DNA of 64,000 bases. Source: Candidatus Hadarchaeum sp. GTDB taxonomy: Archaea; Hadarchaeota; Hadarchaeia; Hadarchaeales; Hadarchaeaceae. Both the position numbers and the translations under genes were made by a program. How positions within the stretch are numbered: position 1 is the stretch's first letter; the number at the start of each line of letters is the position of its first letter. The stretch spans positions 54,744 to 118,743 of the forward strand of contig NZ_JAVZIN010000003.1 of assembly GCF_038871235.1 (NCBI RefSeq), read 5' to 3'. Shown here piece by piece: positions 10,105-18,923 of this stretch. The notes under the pieces are model-generated. The model saw nothing but the letters and a program-made list of their open reading frames with translations. It was not told the DNA's origin and searched no databases.

Positions 10105-11976
10105 TTAAATCTCCTCCTCGACTTGAATTACCTCCATGAAGCGTCTCATCATCTCCAGCTGCTTGGGCTCGAGGGCCAGCGGCGACACGGGGACGATGAG
10201 CCTAGCGCGATTAACTACGGTGATTTCCCTAATGTCGTGCATCATCTTCAGCGTCAGATCAAAGCCATTAGTGGTAATCAGGTATTCTAGGCCCTCGAGC
10301 ATGACGACCGCATTCTCCTTTTTAGAGACAAATGCCGAGATCCGGTCCCTGATGATTCCGAGGTTCGATGGGGAAATCGCGTCTTCCACCTCCACTTTGG
10401 AAAGCCAGAGTATGGTGATGCGTTCAGGAATGTTGTGTTCTCTCCTAGCGTGTGCTGGATGTGATGTAGTTATGATGAGCCCTGGGTTTCCAAAACGCAC
10501 CAAATCGAAGAACATCCTGAAGGCGTGTTTTGAACTCTTTCCTTCCACAAGATAGCACTTTCCCGCAATTAGGGGAAGATAGGTACCTGAAATTTGAACA
10601 CCTTTAGGAATAGCTTCGATGATCCCATAGTGCTGCAGAAAACCGCCGTACCTGCGCAGCAGTTCGGAGAAAATCTCCGATCCTATCTCCGAGGCTTTTT
10701 TTATACCCAGATCGCTTTTGGCAGCATCATAACAGATGTTAGCAGCGATCGAAAATGCTCTCACAATTTCTTGCATGCCCTCTTTGAACTTTGCTTTAGA
10801 TAGATATCGGTAAAGTTTGCTCAGGTCGAACTTTCCCTCATCAGAAAGTATAATTCTGCCTAGAACCGGGTTCTTGCTCGCCAGTTCACTTAACTTCTTT
10901 TTCATCTCAATTTTCGACGACTTCTTGCATTTGCTCAACAACAATTCCAGATAGCGTTTGAATAGGATGTAGGCGAAGTTGCTGGCTTTGTCCGCGTCAG
11001 CTACCCCTTCAGGCAGCCCGATGACTAAATCCCTTTCGTAAACAGCCTCGTTGTATTTACCCAGAGGAACTCCCGCCTTCCAGAGTGCTATATCGTCCCG
11101 GTATAGTTCCGCCTCGGTGGCCACCAGGTAGTTCGCTTGATTCGGTGAGGTGAGCACTGCGTAGAGGTCTATAATGGTGGTATTTAGGTCGGAAAAAGCG
11201 TTGAAAAGTTCTTGGGTTCTTTCGCTCTCGTGAATTCGTTTGCTGTTTTTTATTAACTGGTCTACGTTGAGCAATCCACTCTCGATAATTTTGTCCCCGA
11301 AAAGTATGGGGTGTTCTTCAATGCACTGAGATATGGTATCCTCGACACCAGAGGCGCCGATGACAGGTATAATGTGCGCCAGAAATCTGTTCGTTAGGTT
11401 TGAATAAGCCACTAAGGTTTGGATGTCGTTCTGGACCATTTTAGCTTCTAGGATTTTCAGAGATGGAGTACTCGAAACTAGGAAGAGTTTCCTTTCCGCG
11501 ATGACTAAGCAAACAAACACAACTATCCAAATAGTCTCGCTTCCGACGCTGTACCAGTTGAACCCCTCAGTAACCGTTTGAAAGAAAAATAGCAGATAAA
11601 TGGGTATTCCTAAGAGCAGTACAACCGTTCCAATTAAAGACCACTTGGAACTCGATAGACTTAGCACATTCCGCAGAGAGCCGTAGATTTTTTTAAATGA
11701 ATTGATTTTCCAAGCTTGGCCCATTGAAATTAAGACCGTTCCGGCCACCCAAAGTAGTGCCGCCGTGTAAGCTAGTTCGTTGATGTAATTTAAAAAAATG
11801 ACCACGGCCATGGACGCCATTGAAAGCAAGAAACAGGTTGCCCCTACAGTGGTCATGATCAGGGCCGCGGAATATCTGGTCCTCTTCATGTTTTCAATGG
11901 AGTAGATTACAAAGACTAGCGCTAGGATTAAGAGTACCATACCGAGGAACAGAGCAAAAAATTCTGGGGGGCTCAT
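10105..11976 (-). CDS. Membrane protein: about 5 TM helices, two repeated helical modules and a C-terminal DUF835 (inactive KaiC-like) domain
   Basis: Hydrophobic first 160 aa. C-terminal GLIITTSHP, ILWLSKVE, ISPSNL, VVMLEGLEYLITTNGF and ALEPKQL match DUF835. Confidence 0.82.
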   Translation of the reverse strand: MSPPEFFALFLGMVLLILALVFVIYSIENMKRTRYSAALIMTTVGATCFLLSMASMAVVIFLNYINELAYTAALLWVAGTVLISMGQAWKINSFKKIYGSLRNVLSLSSSKWSLIGTVVLLLGIPIYLLFFFQTVTEGFNWYSVGSETIWIVVFVCLVIAERKLFLVSSTPSLKILEAKMVQNDIQTLVAYSNLTNRFLAHIIPVIGASGVEDTISQCIEEHPILFGDKIIESGLLNVDQLIKNSKRIHESERTQELFNAFSDLNTTIIDLYAVLTSPNQANYLVATEAELYRDDIALWKAGVPLGKYNEAVYERDLVIGLPEGVADADKASNFAYILFKRYLELLLSKCKKSSKIEMKKKLSELASKNPVLGRIILSDEGKFDLSKLYRYLSKAKFKEGMQEIVRAFSIAANICYDAAKSDLGIKKASEIGSEIFSELLRRYGGFLQHYGIIEAIPKGVQISGTYLPLIAGKCYLVEGKSSKHAFRMFFDLVRFGNPGLIITTSHPAHARREHNIPERITILWLSKVEVEDAISPSNLGIIRDRISAFVSKKENAVVMLEGLEYLITTNGFDLTLKMMHDIREITVVNRARLIVPVSPLALEPKQLEMMRRFMEVIQVEEEI

Positions 11977-12860
11977 TTCTCGCGAACCTCCATTACCCTC
12001 TCAAGCGCAAGAGCTTGCTCCTCGGTAAGCTTTTTTGGGTCAATTGAGAGTATCAGGATCAACCTCTTTTTAACGCACAGGTCTTTTAGTTCCCTGAGGA
12101 ATTCAAGAGCTACCTTAAAACTATTGACCAGCTTTATCTCGTTGAAACAGTCAAACATCACCACCGAGCCAAGGTCAATCTTTGAGACCAAGAACTTCAG
12201 CCCCTCTAAATCATCAGGCAGTATCGATTTTTCCTTAGTTTTGCTGAAAGTCAGCCAGACGATTTGGACGTTTTTCACCCTGTATCTATGTTTTACCTTG
12301 TTCGGTTCGAGTTTGCTCACCCAGAGGACCTTAAATGAGTATTGAACCGCTTCCCTTATCATCGCATAGCTTTTTTCCGGTTTTTCCTCTTGCAGAAGAT
12401 GCACCGAACCCGGACGCATCATTTCAAAAATTGGCGGCAGTTTGGTATTTTTAGATAGTTTCCCAATAACGCTGTAAGCGGAGAGAAGACCGCCGTGATC
12501 TCGTAGCATCTGGCGCAACCAAATATCTGCGGCCGGTGAACTTGATTTGAATTCCAGATAGGTTTCGACGAACAAATCCTTGTAAGGCTCAGAAAGATTA
12601 GGTTCCATCTGATCGCCGAGATAAACGAGAATTTTTCTTACAGTTTCGGGCAGATTTAGAGAGCTTAGAGTAGATGTGTTCAATAAAATATTTCCCTTTT
12701 CGTCCAAGTGAACTGTATCACTGAGGTCAACGTTTTTAAGAAATTTTTGGAATTCTATAACATTTTCTCCCAGCTCCTTTCCAGGTAGGCTCAGCAGTAA
12801 CTCTCGCAGGAACGATTTCAAAGTTGATATGGATGGTACTTCGGAAGTAGGTTTCTCCAT
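11973..12860 (-). CDS. Soluble protein with a helical module and a C-terminal DUF835 domain
   Basis: VLWVSKLEP, IVWLT, ILPDDLE, VVMFDCFNEIKLVNSF and LILSIDPKKLTEEQALALER. ATGA overlap with the next gene. Confidence 0.78.
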   Translation of the reverse strand: MEKPTSEVPSISTLKSFLRELLLSLPGKELGENVIEFQKFLKNVDLSDTVHLDEKGNILLNTSTLSSLNLPETVRKILVYLGDQMEPNLSEPYKDLFVETYLEFKSSSPAADIWLRQMLRDHGGLLSAYSVIGKLSKNTKLPPIFEMMRPGSVHLLQEEKPEKSYAMIREAVQYSFKVLWVSKLEPNKVKHRYRVKNVQIVWLTFSKTKEKSILPDDLEGLKFLVSKIDLGSVVMFDCFNEIKLVNSFKVALEFLRELKDLCVKKRLILILSIDPKKLTEEQALALERVMEVREK

Positions 12861-12898
12861 ATCTGTCCCTCGCCAATTATCGAGAGCAGTCTTTTTTT

Positions 12899-13639
12899 CT
12901 AAAGTGAGGCCTTGCCATAGATTCTTTCGCCCTCGCTACTTGTGGGTAGGGATTTTTCCTTTGTCTCTCCCTCGAATTTTAGTGATAAGGCCCATGCAAT
13001 GGCAATGAAGGCAAGGGTACTTATTATCCCGCCTAGAGGCGGATAGTTAACATACTGGACTAAAAGCATGTTAGTAATCGAGACGGCGACGACATAGAAG
13101 ACAAAGTAACTGATCAGCAGAAGCCTGTATTTTTTTCTCAGCAGTTCTGTCGTGGCGGCTCTAATTAAATTGATCCCCACGATCAAATTTGCCAAAATGT
13201 AGATCAAATTGAAAAAGACAGCGATTGCGAAATACCAAGTTGTGGCATACCCGTAGCTCCAGCCAAATTCAGTCCAAAAAATTTTGAAAGGCATGGTTGA
13301 AAGGGTAATTACGTCCATAATTAAGGCCGGGGTCAATACTAACAGGTTTTTCCAGGTTTGTTTTTTTAGCATAAGGAAAGTGATTAGTAAAAAGGCTGGA
13401 AAAGTGAAGCCAAAAACAGCGCCTAGGGTGATGAAATCAGCGGACAGCTCGGCAGTAGGGGCATTTCTATGTAAAAAAGCCATCAGAATCCATAGCCCGG
13501 CGAAGAGCCCGTAAAGAAAGAAAGATCGGTAGATCCAACTTTTTGGATTCCTCATGATTAGGAAAAATGAAACCACGAAAATCAGACCGCTACCGATTAG
13601 GTATTGGAGGGTGATTGGAATGAAATACCAGTCAGCCAA
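12899..13639 (-). CDS. Stand-alone HisKA_7TM-like membrane sensor (7 TM helices, no kinase domain)
   Basis: Seven hydrophobic segments with RNPKSWIYRSFFLY...LW and RKKYRLLL patterns. TTG start 2 nt after the GH3 stop. Confidence 0.7.
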   Translation of the reverse strand: MADWYFIPITLQYLIGSGLIFVVSFFLIMRNPKSWIYRSFFLYGLFAGLWILMAFLHRNAPTAELSADFITLGAVFGFTFPAFLLITFLMLKKQTWKNLLVLTPALIMDVITLSTMPFKIFWTEFGWSYGYATTWYFAIAVFFNLIYILANLIVGINLIRAATTELLRKKYRLLLISYFVFYVVAVSITNMLLVQYVNYPPLGGIISTLAFIAIAWALSLKFEGETKEKSLPTSSEGERIYGKASL

Positions 13640-13641
13640 GT

Positions 13642-15261
13642 TTACACGCTCCTAAGCATTTCGATGTCATCGCTTTTATCGCTACTGGCTATTTTTGGTG
13701 GCTTTATATTTCCGATTGGGACTCCCTCCTTCATTTTTTTCATAGAATACCTCATGAAGGCGCCCTTTTTAAGGTACTGAACTTCGATTATTTCATGAGG
13801 TTCCTTAATCCCGAAATCATCCACGTAATTTTTAAACTCTGGATTTATCCGGTAAAGGGCATTGAATAAGGCCTCCGCGGTTTTTTTCTCAGAGTAATCC
13901 CAATCCGGCTCCATCAAAAGGAGCAGGTGTTCCTTCGGGTCGGTCGCCTTTGCCAAGCACCACCTGTCGGTTTCCTTAAGGCCGGCCTCAAAGAGGGCTT
14001 TGACCGCAATGGCCTGCGAGACCCTGAAGTAACCATAGATATCGATGACCTCGTTTTTTCTGCCCTCAAATTCAAAGATGGGCAGACCGTCGTCCCTAAA
14101 GTCCACGACCTTGAATTTATCCTCGATATTGTACCTCATCAGCATGGTTCCGAAAGGCGTGCCGACGAGTTCGTATATTTCTCCCTTTTTCAGTTCGTCG
14201 ATCTTTTTTATCTCCCCTGATTCGGTTAAAAACTCAAAATACATGTTGCGCAGGTCAGGAATCAAGTCCAGCTTTCTGTCGGCATGTCCGTACATTACCA
14301 TCCCGAATTCCGTACTGCCATAGGCGTTGGTGGGGATGACCCCAAATTCCTCCTTGATATGGTCGAGATACAGTCGCGTGTCATATCCACCTAGACCGAT
14401 TCCCTTTACTGGCAGCACCTCTCTCGCTTTGTTGTATTTTTTCCCCTTAATTTTGCACTGGAGATACTTCAAAAAGAGCAGGAATTTTGTTACCCCCAAG
14501 TTCATCGATTGGTAATAGTCCTTGAAAAATTCATCGGGTTTAGTGAAATATTGTGCCATCATGTAGAAGGTGGAGGCAATTCCCCCGGCGATGTCGATTC
14601 TGGCCCCCTTTTCAATTTCCTTGATGATGATCCACATCTTCTTCCGCATGTTGCTGATGTTGTCGGTAACTGTGCGAGGCGGAATCGGCCTGAGTAGCTT
14701 TTCAATTGGATGCATCTGATAGCCTGAAGCGTAAGGCGCCGGCGCTACTATGTTAAGATAAGTGTCCCCCCTGCGTAGCTTGGTGTCACCAGGTTTCTCG
14801 CTACAAGTTATTATTAGGTAAGTGGTTAGGCTTTCCCATTCTCCGCGGAAGCTCTTTCCATAGGCCAACCATTTGCTTTTTCCGCTACTACCAGAGGTCT
14901 TGGCGCAGAAGTCGAACTCTTCAGGCAACCACCCGTCGAGCATTGGGGCAACCATCCGGCTTATTCGCTGATAGTAGTCCCACCAGAGTTCCCCATTCTG
15001 CCTAGGTACGGTCCTGCTGAGCAGCTCCACCTTTTCACCGAACTCATGTAGAATGGGATAATCCTCATAGGTCGTCAGCGGTACCTCTTCAAAGCTCTTG
15101 ACACCCTGAGGACAAAGCTTCGCGGCCATTTTTGTCTGCTGCCATCTTTTAAAGTATTCATCCCGGGCTTGGAGATTGAATTCCAGCTGTTCGGAAAATG
15201 ATTTTTCAAGGAAAGAGCAATGCTCCTTCCACAGCTCCTCGCCTTCCCCCATAGAGACCAT
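13642..15261 (-). CDS. GH3 (auxin-responsive/JAR1-like) family acyl-adenylate-forming enzyme
   Basis: VPLTTYEDY, motif I KTSGSSGKSK, motif II YGSTE, motif III MRYNIED, then FEFEGR. 539 aa. Confidence 0.85.
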   Translation of the reverse strand: MVSMGEGEELWKEHCSFLEKSFSEQLEFNLQARDEYFKRWQQTKMAAKLCPQGVKSFEEVPLTTYEDYPILHEFGEKVELLSRTVPRQNGELWWDYYQRISRMVAPMLDGWLPEEFDFCAKTSGSSGKSKWLAYGKSFRGEWESLTTYLIITCSEKPGDTKLRRGDTYLNIVAPAPYASGYQMHPIEKLLRPIPPRTVTDNISNMRKKMWIIIKEIEKGARIDIAGGIASTFYMMAQYFTKPDEFFKDYYQSMNLGVTKFLLFLKYLQCKIKGKKYNKAREVLPVKGIGLGGYDTRLYLDHIKEEFGVIPTNAYGSTEFGMVMYGHADRKLDLIPDLRNMYFEFLTESGEIKKIDELKKGEIYELVGTPFGTMLMRYNIEDKFKVVDFRDDGLPIFEFEGRKNEVIDIYGYFRVSQAIAVKALFEAGLKETDRWCLAKATDPKEHLLLLMEPDWDYSEKKTAEALFNALYRINPEFKNYVDDFGIKEPHEIIEVQYLKKGAFMRYSMKKMKEGVPIGNIKPPKIASSDKSDDIEMLRSV

Positions 15262-15393
15262 ATCTCCCGAAAGTCCGGGCGTTATTTAAGGTAATGTTTT
15301 AGTTTCTGAAACTTCCCCTTTATAAATCGCTGTGGGCGCTGAAAAATTGCCTTATCTATCAAAGTTTTCCAAAAATCATTTTGAAATTCGGGA

Positions 15394-16089
15394 CTACTCA
15401 TAAACCGGTCCGAGGACTTCTAATCCACCCTCATTGACCAAAAGCTGGTGCTTCTTCATGGAGTGCCTGCAGGCGCGCATCTTCCTGATCTGAATGTATC
15501 TGGTGACGAGTTCCGGGGTCTCAATCACACCCAGTTCGATGACCCCATCAGCGAGATAGGATTCCGGAATATGTCTTCTTCCCTCACCCACAACCTGAGC
15601 CTCTTGAATGATGAATGAGGTCAAGCCGCTGTCCCTAAGCAGGTTGAAAAAGTGGTAACTTTCTCTCCTCAGGTTATCCGTCTTAGCTAGGGTCTGCAGG
15701 GCATTCAGGGAGTCAAGGCAGAAGACGGTGAACTTTTCCTTCATCTCCTCCTTGTAGAACTTGATCACGTCTTCAGTGATGCTCAGCATATTTAGCGACG
15801 GTTCTTCTTCCCGCCACTCCTTACGGATGTCTTGATAGTCAAAGATCTGAAGATGATCCGGTTTCTTGATTCCCAAGCTTTCCATGTTTCTCAGGTGACT
15901 TTCCTTCGACTCTTCAAGTGTAACATATACTCCGAACTCATCCCTGTGTTTATTCAGGTAGTTAGAGAGAACGTTGTAAACAAAGCTGGATTTCATCGAT
16001 CCCACTCCACCGGTCACCAGTATCACGTAGCCCTTGGGTATATCATTCCTCAAGACGTTATCCAGCCCTTTTACAGTGTCACGGAGCAT
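15394..16089 (-). CDS. Single-domain KaiC/RAD55-family ATPase
   Basis: GLDNVL, Walker A variant GGVGSMKS, YVTLEES, Walker B FCLDSL, YLADGVIEL and IRKMR. Confidence 0.9.
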   Translation of the reverse strand: MLRDTVKGLDNVLRNDIPKGYVILVTGGVGSMKSSFVYNVLSNYLNKHRDEFGVYVTLEESKESHLRNMESLGIKKPDHLQIFDYQDIRKEWREEEPSLNMLSITEDVIKFYKEEMKEKFTVFCLDSLNALQTLAKTDNLRRESYHFFNLLRDSGLTSFIIQEAQVVGEGRRHIPESYLADGVIELGVIETPELVTRYIQIRKMRACRHSMKKHQLLVNEGGLEVLGPVYE

Positions 16090-16162
16090 GGGTTCGCCAC
16101 TAATGGCTTTTCAATGTGATTATAAACCCTTTTCTTTCAGCCCTTGCAACAAATCCGGTGGT

Positions 16163-16843
16163 TCAGAACTCGCCATGTGGATAGCGGCCGGATTTTCGAC
16201 GCTTTTTCAGCTTTGCCCGAACAGGCAGTATCAGCAGGGCGCCGGCAACGAACCCACCTATGTGTGCCCAGTAGGCGACGCCCTCTGAGATTCCGGTTAA
16301 CCAAGTCACCGAGGCTGAGAACACCTGTAGCAGGAACCAGAATCCTAGGAAGAAAATCGCCGGGACCATGATTATCCTCCAGAAAAGATAGATTCCTACC
16401 GCCGTGTAGACCCGGGCTCTGGGGTAGAGCACGAGATAGGCTCCCAGCACCCCTGAAATGGCCCCCGAGGCGCCTATAGTGGGTATCTCTGAGCTAGGGT
16501 CGGTCAGAGCGTGAATGAGGCTTGCAATTACACCCGTTCCCAGATAGAAAGCCAGAAATTTGCCGTGGCCTAGGGCATCCTCAACGTTATCGCCGAAGAT
16601 GTAGAGGTAAAGCATGTTCCCCAAGATGTGTAGGATTCCGCCGTGGAGAAACATCGAGATGAACAGCGTTTCAAGCCTTTTGCCCGCGAGCACCTCGGTT
16701 GGTCTCATCCCATAGAGCTCAATAGTGCTTTCAAACGTCCCGGTGAGCAGCGTGAGCACGAATATGGCAATGTTGATTACAATCAGCGCGATATTAACGT
16801 AGGGAAACCGCGAGCTGGGATTTTCATCCTTAAGGGGAAACAC
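16163..16843 (-). CDS. Rhomboid-family intramembrane serine protease
   Basis: MFLHGGILHILGNMLYL, GASGAISG and AYWAHIGGF. Confidence 0.93.
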   Translation of the reverse strand: MFPLKDENPSSRFPYVNIALIVINIAIFVLTLLTGTFESTIELYGMRPTEVLAGKRLETLFISMFLHGGILHILGNMLYLYIFGDNVEDALGHGKFLAFYLGTGVIASLIHALTDPSSEIPTIGASGAISGVLGAYLVLYPRARVYTAVGIYLFWRIIMVPAIFFLGFWFLLQVFSASVTWLTGISEGVAYWAHIGGFVAGALLILPVRAKLKKRRKSGRYPHGEF

Positions 16844-16849
16844 CGCAAT

Positions 16850-17326
16850 TCACCGCTGCTTTCTCCCAGGGTTCACCACGATGACGGCCTCCCTAAATTT
16901 CTGATTGGGCACGATGATTAGTCTGCCGTCCGGGATCCTTAGCTTTGTGACCGTCAGCGAGATTTCCACGACCGTTCCCCGTTTCCCCTCTATTTCAACT
17001 TCAGTCCCCACTTTGATGTTTTTATCCCCTATCAGCGAGATTCCGGCGAGGATGTTGGATATCCACACATCCTTAACGGCGAAAAGTAGAACGGCGCTGA
17101 TGGTGCTGAAGGCTAGGAATAGCTCTACTATCGCTTGAATTACCCCCCAGACGTTGAGGAGGTAAAGAAAGACCACGATGGTGAAGATCATTGATAGGGA
17201 ATTTGACAACCGCTGGTGCCCCACCATTATCTTTAGCTTTCTCCGGAATAGGCTACCCAGAACTGCCCAGAATATAACGATGATAGCGACAACAATGAGA
17301 GTGGTCAGAATCTGTGACTCCCACAT
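16850..17326 (-). CDS. Small-conductance mechanosensitive channel (MscS family, short form)
   Basis: Three TM helices, then KDVWISNILAGI, IKVGTEVEI, GTVVEI and IIVPN. Confidence 0.8.
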   Translation of the reverse strand: MWESQILTTLIVVAIIVIFWAVLGSLFRRKLKIMVGHQRLSNSLSMIFTIVVFLYLLNVWGVIQAIVELFLAFSTISAVLLFAVKDVWISNILAGISLIGDKNIKVGTEVEIEGKRGTVVEISLTVTKLRIPDGRLIIVPNQKFREAVIVVNPGRKQR

Positions 17327-17386
17327 GCTCTCCCAGTGTTTATTGTTAGGTTAAATATAAATCGGTGAAAGTCTTTCTGGATTTCC

Positions 17387-18079
17387 ATGTTGAATTTGAT
17401 CGTCGCGGACGCCGAGGTTGAAACGGTTCCAGAGGAGATCGCCAATCATCGCGTTATCAGGTGGTACGCTAGGCAGAAGGGAAGACGGCCAGTTGAAATT
17501 ATTCTCAACTCTGGGTTACATCATGCGGCGATGAGGAAGCTTGCTGATGGCGACCGGCGCGGCAGGCCTGACATCGCCCACATGTGTCTGTTGTTGGCCT
17601 TGGACGCGCCGCTGAACCGTGAGGGACTTCTCCGCGTTTACGTCCACACGAGGCAAAATATGGTTATTACCGTTGATCCGTCCACTCGGTTACCTAGGAT
17701 GCTCAACCGCTTTGAAGGCCTCCTCGAGCAGCTCTTTCTTACTGGTGAGGCCCCACCGGGAAAACCGCTGCTGAGGTTGGAAAGAGCAACGCTGGGGGGA
17801 CTGGTGAGCAGATTACGGCCTAAGAAGACCATTACCTTCAGTGACAAGGGCCAAATGAAACCGCTGGCTGAGGTTTTTTCTGGGCTTTGCATAAAGGACA
17901 ATATCTGTGTTTTGGTCGGAGGATTCCCCAGCGGTGATTTTATCTCAGATATAGGCTCGATTTCCGATGAGCAGGTTTGTATAGACCCTGACCTCCTCAC
18001 GGCCCCCACAGTAGTTTCCCGGGCAATTTATGCCTATGAAGAGGCGTTGGGAATCGTTAGGTCTAGATTGGGTAGATGA
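17387..18079 (+). CDS. nep1: 16S rRNA pseudouridine N1-methyltransferase Nep1/Emg1
   Basis: RGRPDIAH, PLNREGLLRVYVHT, RLPR...RFEGLLEQL and VGGFPSGDF. Confidence 0.92.
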   Translation: MLNLIVADAEVETVPEEIANHRVIRWYARQKGRRPVEIILNSGLHHAAMRKLADGDRRGRPDIAHMCLLLALDAPLNREGLLRVYVHTRQNMVITVDPSTRLPRMLNRFEGLLEQLFLTGEAPPGKPLLRLERATLGGLVSRLRPKKTITFSDKGQMKPLAEVFSGLCIKDNICVLVGGFPSGDFISDIGSISDEQVCIDPDLLTAPTVVSRAIYAYEEALGIVRSRLGR

Positions 18080-18468
18080 AGATGCCGCATCGAAAGAAAC
18101 GCCGTGGTCAAAATAACGAATTCAGGGGACTGGCATTAGAGCGCGTGTCCCGCCTGTTTGACCACGCGGAAAGTATTTTCGCGAAGAACCCTGAGCTAGC
18201 CGACCGTTACATCAGGGCCGCGTGGAAGCTCAAGACGCGTTACAATTTGAGGTTGCCCCGGGACATCCGTTTAAAATTTTGTAGAAAGTGTTTGTGCTTT
18301 TGGAAGCCCGGGGTGACCTGTCGGGTTAGAGTTAAGCCCAAGATGATTGTTATTACCTGTTTGAGGTGCGGGCGGGTCAAACGGTTGCCCTATGGTTCAA
18401 AGAGGGGCTCTGTAACGGCCGCCGGGGCCTTGGGAAAAACGTTAATACTGCCTGCGACCAAAAAGTAG
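18076..18468 (+). CDS. rnp4: RNase P protein component 4 (Rpp21)
   Basis: ALERVSRLF, LADRY and a Zn ribbon FCRKC...TCLRCG. Confidence 0.9.
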   Translation: MKMPHRKKRRGQNNEFRGLALERVSRLFDHAESIFAKNPELADRYIRAAWKLKTRYNLRLPRDIRLKFCRKCLCFWKPGVTCRVRVKPKMIVITCLRCGRVKRLPYGSKRGSVTAAGALGKTLILPATKK

Positions 18469-18487
18469 AGGATTAAATCAGGTTGGA

Positions 18488-18919
18488 ATGGAAATGTCTG
18501 TCAGAGAAGTACAACCAACTGCACTGGTGAAGCGGCTGAGCGAGGAACTCAAAAAAATCGAGGCGATAAAGCCGCCCCAGTGGAGCATATTCGTCAAGAC
18601 GGGCGTTCACAAGGAGAGACCGCCGGAGCAGGCTGACTGGTGGTACACTCGGGCGGCTTCACTGTTGCGGCGCCTCTACGTTGACGGCCCGGTAGGAGTT
18701 TCCAGATTGCGCACCTACTACGGGGGCCGGCAGAACCGGGGTCAGCCTCCGGAGCACTTTAGGAAAGCCGGGGGTAAGATCATCCGCGTTGCTTTGCAGC
18801 AGCTTGAGAAGGCCGGCTTAGTGACCAAGGCTGAGCGCAAGGGCAGGAAGCTCACCAGCAAGGGCGTGAGCATGGTGGAATCTCTTGCCCAGCAACTGAA
18901 GAATGAAATGAAGGCCTGA
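18488..18919 (+). CDS. rps19e: 30S ribosomal protein S19e
   Basis: VKTGVHKERPP, WWYTRAASLLR, YGGR and LQQLE. Confidence 0.97.
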   Translation: MEMSVREVQPTALVKRLSEELKKIEAIKPPQWSIFVKTGVHKERPPEQADWWYTRAASLLRRLYVDGPVGVSRLRTYYGGRQNRGQPPEHFRKAGGKIIRVALQQLEKAGLVTKAERKGRKLTSKGVSMVESLAQQLKNEMKA

Positions 18920-18923
18920 TTTT

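Noticed and set aside
12899-12901. Readthrough of the 7TM TAG stop fusing it to the DUF835 gene
   Set aside because: The downstream gene is in a different frame. Readthrough would reach a TGA about 26 codons later.
15394-16089. Circadian clock (kaiABC)
   Set aside because: Single-domain KaiC-like protein with no kaiA or kaiB in the window. Such proteins are common in archaea.
16163-17326. Rhomboid protease and MscS as members of the KaiC/GH3 system
   Set aside because: They are co-oriented but separated from kaiC by a gap with its own TTTATAA box. Both are widespread genes, and adjacency is the only link.
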